Assembly (NCBI GenBank): GCA_027451915.1 | Contig: DAIDHU010000186.1 | Coordinates: forward strand, 1 to 33,926 | Direction of reading: 5' to 3' | Length of the DNA stretch: 33,926 nt | From: Thiomonas sp. | Lineage (GTDB): Bacteria; Pseudomonadota; Gammaproteobacteria; Burkholderiales; Burkholderiaceae_C | Shown here: piece by piece, positions 9,898 to 19,520 of the stretch | Position numbering within the stretch: position 1 is the first letter of the stretch | How the letters are laid out: each line of letters starts with the position of its first letter | Made by a program: the position numbers and the translations under genes | Notes under the pieces: model-generated | What the model was told of the DNA's origin: nothing | What the model saw: the letters and a program-made list of their open reading frames with translations, nothing else | Databases searched by the model: none

Positions 9898-10761
9898 TCA
9901 GATCTTCACCGCGAAGCGGCGCTCGAGACGAACCGTGTAGCGGGCGATGGGATAGCAGTACGCAAAGAACCACAACATGATGTAGCCATACAGGGGGGCC
10001 AGGATGTCGGTGCGCCCGCCCTCGGCCGCCGTGACCTGCGAAGCCAGGGTCATGACCTCGTTGACCCCGACGATGGAGGCCAGCACCGTGGAGGTGGTGA
10101 GAATCGAATACAGGTTCATCCAAGGCGGCAGCATGCGCTTGACGCACTGGGGCAGGATGACCAGCCACAACTGCTGCTGGCGGCTGAAGGCCAGGGATTC
10201 GGCCGCCTCCCACTGACCCGACGGAATCGAGGCCACGGCTCCGCGCAGGATCTCCGCCACGTTGGCCATCACCGGCAGGCTCAGCCCGATCACGGCCTTG
10301 AACCACCCGGGCAGGGGAAGGGTCACCCCCCCCACGCGCAGTTGGAAGGGGATCAGGAAAATGGCGAAGAACAGCAGCACCAGCCACGGGGCGTTGCGGA
10401 AGAACTGGGTCAGCACCCAGGCCACGCGCCGGGTGCCGTGGGTCTGCGAGATCAGACCCAGGCCCAGCGCCACGCCCAGCAGCGTGCCCAGGCCCATGGA
10501 AAGAAAGCTGATCAAGATGTTGAAGCCGAAGCCCCGGAGCAACAACGGAGTCCAGCGCACCAGCACGGCCAGTACGCCGGCCTGCTGCGGCGTGGCGGCG
10601 GCATCGGCCACGCCGCTGCCGATCAGCACCAGCAGTACCAGCGCGCCTCCATGCCACAGGCGCAGCCTGGGCGCCTGCCAGGGCTCGACGCGCGCGAGCG
10701 CTTCGGCGCGGGGGGCCAGCACGGCCAGCGGCTCGCCGGCAGGGTGGGTCGGCGTGTTCAT
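9898..10761 (-). CDS. Polar amino-acid ABC transporter permease
   Basis: [32 protein letters not shown] (EAA loop), several TM helices. Confidence 0.92.
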   Translation of the reverse strand: MNTPTHPAGEPLAVLAPRAEALARVEPWQAPRLRLWHGGALVLLVLIGSGVADAAATPQQAGVLAVLVRWTPLLLRGFGFNILISFLSMGLGTLLGVALGLGLISQTHGTRRVAWVLTQFFRNAPWLVLLFFAIFLIPFQLRVGGVTLPLPGWFKAVIGLSLPVMANVAEILRGAVASIPSGQWEAAESLAFSRQQQLWLVILPQCVKRMLPPWMNLYSILTTSTVLASIVGVNEVMTLASQVTAAEGGRTDILAPLYGYIMLWFFAYCYPIARYTVRLERRFAVKI

Positions 10762-11506
10762 CGGGAATAGCCCGGCAGGCGAGGCGGTGCTCGAGCTTGT
10801 GCATGAGGTACACCAGCAGCCCGACCAGCGCCACGTAGGCGAACAGCAGAACGACCATCATCACCGAGACGTTGGATTCATCCGACCAGATCTGGGCCGA
10901 GGCATACAGGAGCTCGGGCACGGCGATCGCATAGGCCAGCGTGGTGGTCTTGATCAGGTTCACCAGGTTGTTGTTCAGGGCCGGCAGGCTCACGCGCAGC
11001 GCCAGCGGCAGCACGATGTGCCTGTAGGACTGGAAACGCGTGTAGCCCAGCGCCTCGGCGGCCTCGATGGTGGCCGACGGAACCGCCTCGATGCCCGCGC
11101 GGAAGATCTCCACGTTGAAGGCTCCGGCGAAAAAGGTCAGCGAAACACAGGCCCAGACGAAGCCGCTGACCAGGGGCTGGGGCAGCCCGATGGCGTTGGT
11201 GGTCCTGGGCAGAAGGTTGCTGACGCCGAAGTAGAAAAAATACATCTGCACCAGCGGAGGCGTGTTCCGGAACAGCTGGATGTAGCCCTGCACGATGCGC
11301 CGGGTCCAGACCATCTTCGATCCCTGCAGCCAGGCGCCCACGACTCCGACGATCACGGAGCCGAGCACGCAGACCACCGACAGCTCCGCGGTCACCAGGA
11401 AACCACGCAGGAACCTGGCCCGGTCGAAGGGGTCGTAGACGATGGTGAGGTTGATCCCGCTGGTCTGGGAAAGGTGACGGAACCAGCCGACGATCTCGTT
11501 CATCAT
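10758..11506 (-). CDS. Polar amino-acid ABC transporter permease with an apparent 1-nt deletion near its 3' end
   Basis: FRNTPPLVQ and [10 protein letters not shown]...EAAEALG. Adding one base near 10780 gives ...LEHRL(R)LPGYSR-TGA, whose stop overlaps the next ATG (ATGA 10758-10761). As given, the frame reads through to 9143. Confidence 0.85.
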
Positions 11507-11612
11507 GCGTGCGCCGAGGCAAGCCCTGGGAATCGCGAGGCCACCGCCCGCACGGGAACGCTCCCCGGCGACGGGCGGCGGCGGGAGGCCATTCGATCAG
11601 AACGCAGCGGCC

Positions 11613-12434
11613 TCACTTGGCGCTCTTGTACTGCTCGTGCAGTTTCTCTACATAGGCCGAGTGCTGGGTGATCCCGAACTGGGTCTCGAGCTTCAGCACC
11701 TCGCCGCTTTGCGCCCAGTCGCGCGACATCTGGTTCATGAAGGCGTGGAAGTCCTTGTCGCCCAGGCGCGTGGCCATGCCCCAGGGCTTCGCATCCAGGG
11801 TTTCGAGGGGCATGTCGTAGCCGCTCCACTCCTTGTCGAGCAGCTTGCCCTGGATGAAGGTGTTGTCGAAGATGAATCCGATGCAACGGCCCTGCTTGAG
11901 GGCTGTCAGCGCCTCGGCGGTCCCCGTGAACGCGACGATGTGCACGCCGTACTTCTGCTCGGAATCCTTGTTGTAGTAGGTGCCCTGGATGCCGCAGACC
12001 GACTGGCCCTTGAGGTCGGACCACTGGTGCGCCTTGACCTTGTCGGACAGCATCACGTTGTAGCCCGAGGCGTAGTAGTAGGGCTCGACGAACCACACGT
12101 CCTTGGCGCGCTCGGGCGTCACGTTCATGGTGGCGATCAGCAGGTCGATCTTGCCCTGCTCCAGGAACTGCATGCGGTTGGAAGCCGTCACCGGCACGTA
12201 TTCAACCTTGACCCCGAGCTTCTTGGCGGCCTGGGCCGCCAGCGAGGGCTCGATGCCCTGGATGCTTCCGTCCGGCGCACGGAACCCGAAGGGCGGGTAA
12301 TCCGCCTTCACGCCCACGATCAGGGTGCCGCGATGCTTGATGGCGTCGAGTTCGCTGGCCTGCGCGGCCACGGTGACACCGGCGGTGAGCACGAGCCCGA
12401 GGGCCAGGCCTTGAATCAGGGAGGAGAGTTTCAA
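11613..12434 (-). CDS. Amino-acid ABC transporter periplasmic substrate-binding protein (family 3)
   Basis: Signal peptide LIQGLALGLVLTAGVTVAAQA, then LDAIKHRGTLIVGVKADYPPFGF, NRMQFLEQGKIDL, TPERAK. TTG start at 12434 after GGAG (start uncertain). Confidence 0.92.
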   Translation of the reverse strand: MKLSSLIQGLALGLVLTAGVTVAAQASELDAIKHRGTLIVGVKADYPPFGFRAPDGSIQGIEPSLAAQAAKKLGVKVEYVPVTASNRMQFLEQGKIDLLIATMNVTPERAKDVWFVEPYYYASGYNVMLSDKVKAHQWSDLKGQSVCGIQGTYYNKDSEQKYGVHIVAFTGTAEALTALKQGRCIGFIFDNTFIQGKLLDKEWSGYDMPLETLDAKPWGMATRLGDKDFHAFMNQMSRDWAQSGEVLKLETQFGITQHSAYVEKLHEQYKSAK

Positions 12435-12496
12435 TTCACGGCTCCATGTGAGGGTCATCGAAGGGCGCGTGACGCCAGGCGCCGCGGCCAACTTTT

Positions 12497-12542
12497 GGTT
12501 GCGAATTGAAGTATGTTGATTCGCAACCGAATCCCTTGTCAA
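12497..12542 (-). promoter_or_regulatory. Putative operator (perfect 10-bp inverted repeat) and -35-like hexamer upstream of the ABC operon
   Basis: GGTTGCGAAT-N12-ATTCGCAACC at 12497-12528; TTGACA on the minus strand at 12542-12537. Confidence 0.55.
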
Positions 12543-12580
12543 TAGGCGTGTGTACCGGGCTTGTCGAAGCGCTGCGCAAC

Positions 12581-12606
12581 GATCAGGCGCAAGGATCAGG
12601 CGCAAG
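12581..12606. repeat. 13-bp tandem duplication
   Basis: GATCAGGCGCAAG twice, exact, in the intergenic region. Confidence 0.85.
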
Positions 12607-12667
12607 GATTGGGCGGAAATGCGGGTTCGCGCGAAACCATGCCCGGCCTCGGCGCGGGCGTGGTTAG

Positions 12668-13699
12668 TCAGGGGTCGATGCGCCACCAGCGCCGCGATGC
12701 CCGCACCGCATAGCGCGCCCGGTACTGGGAGGGGGAAAGGCCGGTCTCGCGCTGGAACAGGCGCCGGAAGGCACTGCCGTCCTGATAACCGCAATGTTCC
12801 ATGACGCTGTCCAGATCCATCATGGTGACCTCCAGCAATTGCTTGGCGCGCTCGACCCGCAACTTCTGCAGGTAGCGCAGCGGACTCATTCCGACCACCT
12901 CCCGGAAATGCCGCAGCAGGGTGCGCGTGCTGACCGAGGCGATCTCGGCGAGCGAGTCCAGGTCGTAGGGCTCATGCGCGTGGTGCTCGATCCACTGCCT
13001 GGCCTTGTAGACCACGCTGTCGCGGGTCACCGAGTTCACGCCGGACAGATGGATTCCGGATTGCTGATACCGCGTGGCCTCGTAAAGCAGGGCATTGGCG
13101 CCGATCTGCGCCAGTTCCTCGCCCGCGAAATGCCGCACCAGGGCCAGGGCCAGTTCGGTGTGCGCGTTCATCGCGCCGGCACTGAAGATGTCGCGATCCA
13201 CGATCACCGGAGCGTCCATGCGCAGCCCGACCCCGGGGTAGCTGCGGGCGAACCATCCGGCGATCAGCCAGGCGACCGTGGCCTCCCGTTGCTCCAGCAC
13301 CCCGGCGTGCGCCAGCAGGACCGAGCCGTTGTACAGCGCCGCCAGCGCCCCCCCGGCCCGCCTGTGCTCCCGGATGATCCGGATGGCTTCCCCCGAATCC
13401 CTGAGCAACTGGACCAGATGGGGAACGTTTCGCATGTCGACACCCGGCACGACCAGCGCCGTGCGCTGCGGTGGCAGGCGAAGCGGGACCGGCGGCGGGC
13501 GATCGCAGGGCTCCCACCAGTCCGGCAGGGGCAGCTCGCGGCCCTGGGCATTGATGACGCGCCAGCTCAGCGGAACGGTTCGCTTGCGGGGATGATGCAT
13601 GCGCCACATGCGATTGGACATGCGCAGCACGTCGATCACTCCGAACACGGAGCCGATCAGGCAGCCTGGGCTGTACAGCAGATCGATGCGCGCGGACAT
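12668..13699 (-). CDS. GlxA/FtrA-type AraC-family regulator (DJ-1/PfpI-like sensor + double HTH)
   Basis: N-terminal DJ-1-like domain (ALVVPG, LLAHAGVL...ATVAW) and C-terminal LAEIASVSTRTLLRHFREVVGMSPLRYLQKLRVERAKQLLE...GYQDGSAFRRLF. GGAGG RBS. Confidence 0.92.
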   Translation of the reverse strand: MSARIDLLYSPGCLIGSVFGVIDVLRMSNRMWRMHHPRKRTVPLSWRVINAQGRELPLPDWWEPCDRPPPVPLRLPPQRTALVVPGVDMRNVPHLVQLLRDSGEAIRIIREHRRAGGALAALYNGSVLLAHAGVLEQREATVAWLIAGWFARSYPGVGLRMDAPVIVDRDIFSAGAMNAHTELALALVRHFAGEELAQIGANALLYEATRYQQSGIHLSGVNSVTRDSVVYKARQWIEHHAHEPYDLDSLAEIASVSTRTLLRHFREVVGMSPLRYLQKLRVERAKQLLEVTMMDLDSVMEHCGYQDGSAFRRLFQRETGLSPSQYRARYAVRASRRWWRIDP

Positions 13700-13713
13700 C
13701 GGCCCTCCCGGAG

Positions 13714-13891
13714 TTGGCGAAAACAGCTTGTTTTCTGGCGAAATCGGCTTTCCACAAAGGACCTGATGGTAGCCCATGGCGACTGGATGGCGAGGATTTT
13801 CCCCTGATTCAAGGCGCTCTCCGGCTTGGCGAAAACGGCTTGGTTGTTGGCGCTTTCGGCACGCCTCGGATCCCCTGCCCGTGCCTAGACT
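13714..13891 (+). promoter_or_regulatory. Two 35-bp AraC-type operator repeats plus -10 box of the lipase promoter
   Basis: 13714-13748 and 13826-13860 match at 28/35 positions; each holds TGGCG twice 21 bp apart. TAGACT -10-like hexamer at 13886-13891. Confidence 0.7.
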
Positions 13892-14020
13892 CGATCTGTC
13901 CGATGCGCGCCCCCAAGGGCCGGGTCCCGCCCCATGCGCGCGCTCACGACGGCTCGCGGCGGGTGGTCGGCGACCACGAACGGCGCAGCCCCACGACAAC
14001 ACCAGGAGGAGACCCCCATC

Positions 14021-15646
14021 GTGCCTTGCCTACCCTACAAAGCCCTGATCGCCGCCATCGCTGCGTCGGCCCTGCTCGCCGGCTGCGGCGGCGGTTCCTC
14101 GTCGCCGCAGGGCGCGAGTGCCGACACCCTGATGTCGAGCCACGCCGTGGCCACGCTGTCGACCAGCCAGTTGCAGAACCTGCTGGTCACGCGCTACGCC
14201 GGGCAGAGCGCGGCCCAGCAGCTCATCGGAGCCCCGCAATGCGGCGTCCAGGTGGACAAGTTCGTCTACGCCACGGTGGGCGGCGAGGGCGAGGCCACCG
14301 ATGCCTCGGCCGCGCTGATGCTGCCCAGCGGAACGGCGGCGCAGTGCCAGGGCCCCCGCCCCATCGTGGTCTATGCCCATGGCACCGCCATCGACCATGC
14401 CGAGGACATGTCGGCGATCAACGATCCTACGAATCCGGCCTACGCGACCTCCACCCGGGTCGCGCTGATCTTCGCCGCGCATGGCTACATCGTGGTGGCG
14501 CCGAACTACGCCGGCTACGACCTCTCCACCCTGCCCTATCACCCCTATCTCGATGGAGCGCAGCAGTCCCAGGACATGCTCGACAGCCTGACTGCCGCGC
14601 GCCAGTTGTTGCGCCAGCCTGGAAGCCTTGTCACCGACAATGGGAAATTGTTCGTCACGGGATACTCCGAGGGTGGGTACGTGTCCATGGCGACGCTGCA
14701 GGCGCTGGACGCCCAGGGCCGCCCGGCGACCGCGGGCGCGGCGATGTCGGGGCCCTATGCCATGCTGGCCCTGGGGGACGAGATCTTCCTGGGCCACCCG
14801 AACGTCGGCGCAACGGCCTATCTGCCGCTGCTCGCGAATTCCTACGCCCACCTCCGGCAGGGCTCGATCGATCCCTCGCAAGTGTTCAGCAGCCTGTATT
14901 CGAAGGCGTACACGCTGTTCCCGGGAACCACCGATTTCAGCGACTTCGGGAGTCTGGTGGCGAATGGCGAGATCCCGGCCAGCGCATTGTTCCAGTCGCC
15001 GGCGGGCGCTGCCGGCGCGGCCGGCTTCTCCACCTCGGCCTACCCGTCCCTGGCGTCGCTGCCCGAAGGCGCGCCCTTGTACGGAGCCGGATTCGATGCC
15101 TCCGCGTACCTGGTCGGCACGGCGTTTCGAGCCGCCTATGTGGCCGACGTCGACGCCCACCCGGATGGCGGGGCCCCGATCGACGGATCGGCGCCCGACC
15201 TGAGCGGCACGCCGCCTGCCATCGCGGCCGATCCCCAGTCGCTGCTGCGCCAGGATCTGAAGGCCAACGATCTGCGCAACTACACGCCCAGCATGCCGCT
15301 TCTGCTTTGCGGAGGGCACGGCGACCCGGAAGTGCTGTGGGACCAGGGCGCCGGCCTGATGACCGCGATGCTGCGGAGCAAGGAGGCCAGCGATCCCTCA
15401 TTGCGCTTCGTCACCCTCGACCTGGACACCAGCTCGGGCAGCGCCGGAACCTACGTGCAATACGGCCTGAGCCCGGCGGTGAATGCCGCCCTGCAGGCCA
15501 TGGGCGCGCAGGCGCAGGCCGCCTTCACCGGGTATCAGGCGGCGGTGGATTCCGCCGTGGGGCCGGCGCTGGGGCTGGAGGCATATCACACGGACGAGCG
15601 TCCCTACTGCACGGTGGAAGCTAGAACCTTGTTCGATCAGTATTGA
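14021..15646 (+). CDS. Lipoprotein alpha/beta hydrolase (secretory lipase/esterase-like)
   Basis: GTG start after AGGAGG. Lipobox LAGC, VYAHGT, VVAPNYAGY, nucleophile elbow GYSEGG, GDPEV (Asp), YH (His). Confidence 0.88.
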   Translation: MPCLPYKALIAAIAASALLAGCGGGSSSPQGASADTLMSSHAVATLSTSQLQNLLVTRYAGQSAAQQLIGAPQCGVQVDKFVYATVGGEGEATDASAALMLPSGTAAQCQGPRPIVVYAHGTAIDHAEDMSAINDPTNPAYATSTRVALIFAAHGYIVVAPNYAGYDLSTLPYHPYLDGAQQSQDMLDSLTAARQLLRQPGSLVTDNGKLFVTGYSEGGYVSMATLQALDAQGRPATAGAAMSGPYAMLALGDEIFLGHPNVGATAYLPLLANSYAHLRQGSIDPSQVFSSLYSKAYTLFPGTTDFSDFGSLVANGEIPASALFQSPAGAAGAAGFSTSAYPSLASLPEGAPLYGAGFDASAYLVGTAFRAAYVADVDAHPDGGAPIDGSAPDLSGTPPAIAADPQSLLRQDLKANDLRNYTPSMPLLLCGGHGDPEVLWDQGAGLMTAMLRSKEASDPSLRFVTLDLDTSSGSAGTYVQYGLSPAVNAALQAMGAQAQAAFTGYQAAVDSAVGPALGLEAYHTDERPYCTVEARTLFDQY

Positions 15647-15798
15647 GCGTCCCGGGAAAGCCCCTGACGCGGGGCGCGCGGCGCTCATGCACAATTTCCC
15701 GTGAAAGCTCATGGCGCGACTGAGCCAGCCGGCGCCGCGGGGCGGCGGGCGCGGCGCCCGCCGCGGTGCATCATGGGCGCTGACTGTGGAGAACGGGC

Positions 15799-18249
15799 AT
15801 GCCCGGGGACTTGGCGCATTCCGCGATTGTCGTGCTCGAACCCGGCCTGGCCCTGGTGTTCGCCAGCCGCGGTGCGCGTTCGCTTTTGCTGCGGGAGCCC
15901 GATAGCGTCGAGGCCGGCCCCATGTGGCTGCACGATGCCCTGGACGAGGCTTCGCGTTCTGCCCTGCGGCTTGCCCTGGCGCAGCAAGCGGGAGACGAGC
16001 CCAGGGAAGCACTCCGGCTGGCCATGCGCCCGGAGGTATGCGCCCCCTGCGGCCCCACGGTGCTGCTGGAACTGATCGAGCGCAATGCGAACGGCGCCTG
16101 GCTCGCCAGGCTGCGTGGCGCGCCGCGGCCCGGGTCGCGGGCGGCGCCTCTGGTCGAGCCCAGCCTGTTGTTCGAGAACATGAACACCGGCTTTGCCTTG
16201 CACGAAATCCTCACCGACGAGCAGGGTGCTCCCGTGGACTATCGCTTCGTCCAGGTCAATCCAGCCTACGAGGCACTGACAGGGCTGCGCGCGCAGGACC
16301 TGCTCGGGCGCCGCGTGCTGGAGATTCTTCCCGGCACGGAGTCCTTCTGGATCCAGGCCTTCGGCGAGGTGGCCCTGGGTGCGCCAGCCCGGGAACTCGA
16401 GAACTATTCCTCCGAACTCGGCCGCTGGTACCACGTGCGGGTGTTCTCGCCAAGGCGCGGCAGTTTCGCGGTGATGATCGCCGACATCACCCAGCGCAAG
16501 CAGCTGGAACTGGCGGTGCTGCAAAGCGAGCGCCTGTTCCGCACCATCTTCGAGCAGGCGCCGGCCTGTGTAGCCCTGATCCGGCGCGGGAAACTGCACA
16601 CGGTGAACTCCGCCTTCCTCGAGGCCTTCGGCTACGAGCGCGCCAGCGAACTGGAGGGGGTCGACATGCTGGGATTGCTCGACGCCGGGCAGCGAGCCGA
16701 CGTGGCCGGGCAGATGCAGGCACACTCCGACCCGAATCCCGCCGCTCCGGCGCTGCGCACCCGGGGTCTGCGGGCCGACGGCCAGGCCTTTCCCCTGCTG
16801 GTGTCCTTGCGCCAGGTGCATGTGGACGCGGACAGCGAGCCGAGCTACCTGATGATCGGCATCGATCTGTCCGAGCGCGAGCAGCACGAGCACGCGATCG
16901 ACCACCTGAGACGCCATGATGCCCTGACCGATCTGTACAACGCCCGCGCCTTCGAGGAGGCCGTGGCGCGCGCTGGCGAACGCAGCGCGGCCGAGGGCGG
17001 CTTCGCCTGCGTGGCACTTCTGGAACTCGACGGCATGGCTTCCATCAACGAGGGCCATGGTCGATCCGCGGGCGACGAGTTCCTGCGCGCCTTCGCGCGG
17101 CGCCTGCGCGCCTGCACGGATGCGCATGCCGCGCCCGCGCGCATCGAGAACGCCCGCTTCGCTGTCTTGCTGAACCTGCGACCGGCGGCGGCGGCCAGCG
17201 CGGACCAGGCGCTCGGGCTGGCGCGCGAGCAGGCCGTGGCGCTTCAGGCCGCGATCGGACATCCCCACCTTGTCGACGGCAAGCTGCTGCCCGTTCGCAC
17301 CACGCTGGGTCTGGTCGTGTTCCAGGGCTCGGAGATCCACGCGCACGAGTTGGTGCGAAGGGCGGCCATCGCCGCCCGCCACGCCCGCCAGGATTCCGTG
17401 GAGGCCATTGGGGTCTTCGAAACCTGGATGCTCGATGCCGTGGTGCGACGCCACGCCACGGAGAGTGCCCTGCGCGAAGCCATCGGAGCCGAGCAGTTCC
17501 GCCTGCACTACCAGTTGCAGTTCGACCACGAACGCCGGGTGATCGGCGCCGAGGCCCTGCTTCGCTGGCAACATCCCGAACAGGGACTGCTGGGGCCTGG
17601 ATCCTTCCTGGATCTGGCCGAGCAATGCGGGCAGATGGACGCCGTGGGTCGGTGGGTGTTGCGCCGCGCCTGCCTGGACCTTCGATCGATGATGCGCGAG
17701 GGCCTGGACGCGCACCTGCTGCCGCCCCTGTCGGTCAACGTCACCGCGAGCGAGTTCCATCGCGAGGACTTCCTGCCCAGGGTGTCGCAGATCCTGCAGA
17801 CGACCGGCGTCAAGGCCGGCTCGCTCAAGCTCGAGCTCACGGAAGGCATGCTGCTCAGCAATTCCGAGAACACGGTTCGCCGCATGACCCAGCTCAAGGA
17901 AATGGGCTTCCAGCTGTCCCTGGATGATTTCGGAACGGGCTTCTCTTCCCTGGCGTATCTGCGGCATTTCCCCTTCGACGAAATCAAGATCGACCAGGCC
18001 TTCGTGCGAGCGCTGGAGGCGGACAGGCAGACCCGCGCGATTGTCGTCGCCATCGTCAACCTGGCGGAGAAGCTCGGCTTGCGGGTCATCGCGGAAGGCG
18101 TGGAGACCGATGCGCAGTGGCAGATCCTGATGGAAAGCGGCTGCCGCAGGTTCCAGGGATTCCTGCTTGCCCGACCCCAGCCTCTGGAGGACATGCTGGA
18201 GCGACTCGGCCCGGCGAGTCGGGCGCCCGAGCTAGCCCGAGGGCGTTGA
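15799..18249 (+). CDS. PAS-PAS-GGDEF(degenerate)-EAL protein, probable c-di-GMP phosphodiesterase
   Basis: Two PAS domains (VNPAYEALTGL; VNSAFLEAFGY). GGDEF site reads ARIENARF. EAL domain intact: EALLRW, SVNV, LELTE, DDFGTGFSS, KID, EGVE, QG. Confidence 0.92.
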   Translation: MPGDLAHSAIVVLEPGLALVFASRGARSLLLREPDSVEAGPMWLHDALDEASRSALRLALAQQAGDEPREALRLAMRPEVCAPCGPTVLLELIERNANGAWLARLRGAPRPGSRAAPLVEPSLLFENMNTGFALHEILTDEQGAPVDYRFVQVNPAYEALTGLRAQDLLGRRVLEILPGTESFWIQAFGEVALGAPARELENYSSELGRWYHVRVFSPRRGSFAVMIADITQRKQLELAVLQSERLFRTIFEQAPACVALIRRGKLHTVNSAFLEAFGYERASELEGVDMLGLLDAGQRADVAGQMQAHSDPNPAAPALRTRGLRADGQAFPLLVSLRQVHVDADSEPSYLMIGIDLSEREQHEHAIDHLRRHDALTDLYNARAFEEAVARAGERSAAEGGFACVALLELDGMASINEGHGRSAGDEFLRAFARRLRACTDAHAAPARIENARFAVLLNLRPAAAASADQALGLAREQAVALQAAIGHPHLVDGKLLPVRTTLGLVVFQGSEIHAHELVRRAAIAARHARQDSVEAIGVFETWMLDAVVRRHATESALREAIGAEQFRLHYQLQFDHERRVIGAEALLRWQHPEQGLLGPGSFLDLAEQCGQMDAVGRWVLRRACLDLRSMMREGLDAHLLPPLSVNVTASEFHREDFLPRVSQILQTTGVKAGSLKLELTEGMLLSNSENTVRRMTQLKEMGFQLSLDDFGTGFSSLAYLRHFPFDEIKIDQAFVRALEADRQTRAIVVAIVNLAEKLGLRVIAEGVETDAQWQILMESGCRRFQGFLLARPQPLEDMLERLGPASRAPELARGR

Positions 18250-18257
18250 GCCGGGCC

Positions 18258-19520
18258 TCAGGGCGATTCCGGCCTCCCGCCCATGCGGCGGGGATCGGGC
18301 TCGGCGGCGACGCTGGCGCGGAATCGGGATTGGTACAGATACAGGTACGCGGCCTGGAAGCCGGCGCCCAGCAGGAACGGCGCGGCCAGCCATCCGCTGT
18401 CCATCATGAGTCCGGCAAGGAGGGGCCCGAGGGATCGGGGGACCTGGCGCGCGATGGAGCTGACCGCGCCCGCGAATCCCCTGCGATGGTTGCGTACCAG
18501 CCTGGCGGTGACCGCGGCGCGAAGTCCGTTGGTGCTGCGATTGAGGGTCTTGTGCAGCAGATAGGCGGCCATGGCCCAGGCCGGCCCGGGCGCCAGGGGC
18601 ATGAGAACCAGTGCCCCCAGCGCGGCCGCGCGTAGCGGAACGATGGCCCCCATCAATCCCAGGCGCGACGTCAAGCGCGTTCCCAGAGGCGCGCCCAGGG
18701 CGGCGGCAACGAAGCCGGCGGCCATCAAAGGGGCGATCTGGGCCGGGCCAAGGCCGAAACGCCTGGCGAACCAGTAGGAGACCAGCGGCCCGGAAAGCCC
18801 GATGCCCGCGCCTTGCAGGAGGTTCACCAGCCCCAGGTTGCGGAGATTGCGGTTTTCTCCCCGGCGCGTATCGCGCTCGAGCCGGGGCTCGATGGCTTCG
18901 CGCTCCAGACCATGCCGGTCTCGCGCCAGCGCGACACAGACCAGGCAGGCCAGGGCGAACGCGAGCGCGAGCGGAAACATGAGGGTGTAGTCGGCGGCGC
19001 TGGGCGCCGCTGCGTGACCCAGCGCCGGAAGCGCGCCCAGCGCGGCACCGACGGCCATGCCCGCGAAGCCGAAGCTGGTGTTCAGGCTGAGCAGGCGACT
19101 GAGCTGCTCGGTCCCGCGCAGTCCCTGGGTCAGCCAGGCCTGTTCGATGGATCCGAAAGGCCCGGCGGATCCGTTCGCGCCCCGCCCGAAGGCCCCGGCG
19201 ACCGCCGCCAGAGAAAGCACGGTACCGGCCGGGTGAATGCTCGCCGCGGCACAGCTCAGCACGTACAGCATCTCGTATCCGAGCAGGAAGCGCTTGCGCC
19301 CCCAGCGGTCGCTCGCCGCCGCGAGCAGGGTGAGCAGAACGGCGAAGACCAGGCCGGCGGCCAGCACGGCTCCGATGCGCACGCCATCCCATGCGCTGGC
19401 GCGCAGGAACAGGGCGAAGTCGGCGGCGAGGACCCCTTGCGCGACGCTACGGAACCAGCGGGCCGCGATCAGCAAGCGGCGATCGCGTTCAAGCGCATGC
19501 GGAGTCTGTGCTTCGGGCAT
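18258..19520 (-). CDS. MFS transporter
   Basis: About 12 TM segments, motif A SDRWGRKRFLL, GRGANGSAGPF. Start overlaps the end of the upstream hydrolase. Confidence 0.88.
   Translation of the reverse strand: MPEAQTPHALERDRRLLIAARWFRSVAQGVLAADFALFLRASAWDGVRIGAVLAAGLVFAVLLTLLAAASDRWGRKRFLLGYEMLYVLSCAAASIHPAGTVLSLAAVAGAFGRGANGSAGPFGSIEQAWLTQGLRGTEQLSRLLSLNTSFGFAGMAVGAALGALPALGHAAAPSAADYTLMFPLALAFALACLVCVALARDRHGLEREAIEPRLERDTRRGENRNLRNLGLVNLLQGAGIGLSGPLVSYWFARRFGLGPAQIAPLMAAGFVAAALGAPLGTRLTSRLGLMGAIVPLRAAALGALVLMPLAPGPAWAMAAYLLHKTLNRSTNGLRAAVTARLVRNHRRGFAGAVSSIARQVPRSLGPLLAGLMMDSGWLAAPFLLGAGFQAAYLYLYQSRFRASVAAEPDPRRMGGRPESP

Noticed and set aside
15647-15798. TCCCGkGAAAGC repeated (15650, 15697) upstream of the EAL gene as a possible c-di-GMP riboswitch
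   Set aside because: It lacks the GGCAAAC...GACGCAAAGC core of c-di-GMP-I, and an 11/12 repeat alone is weak evidence.
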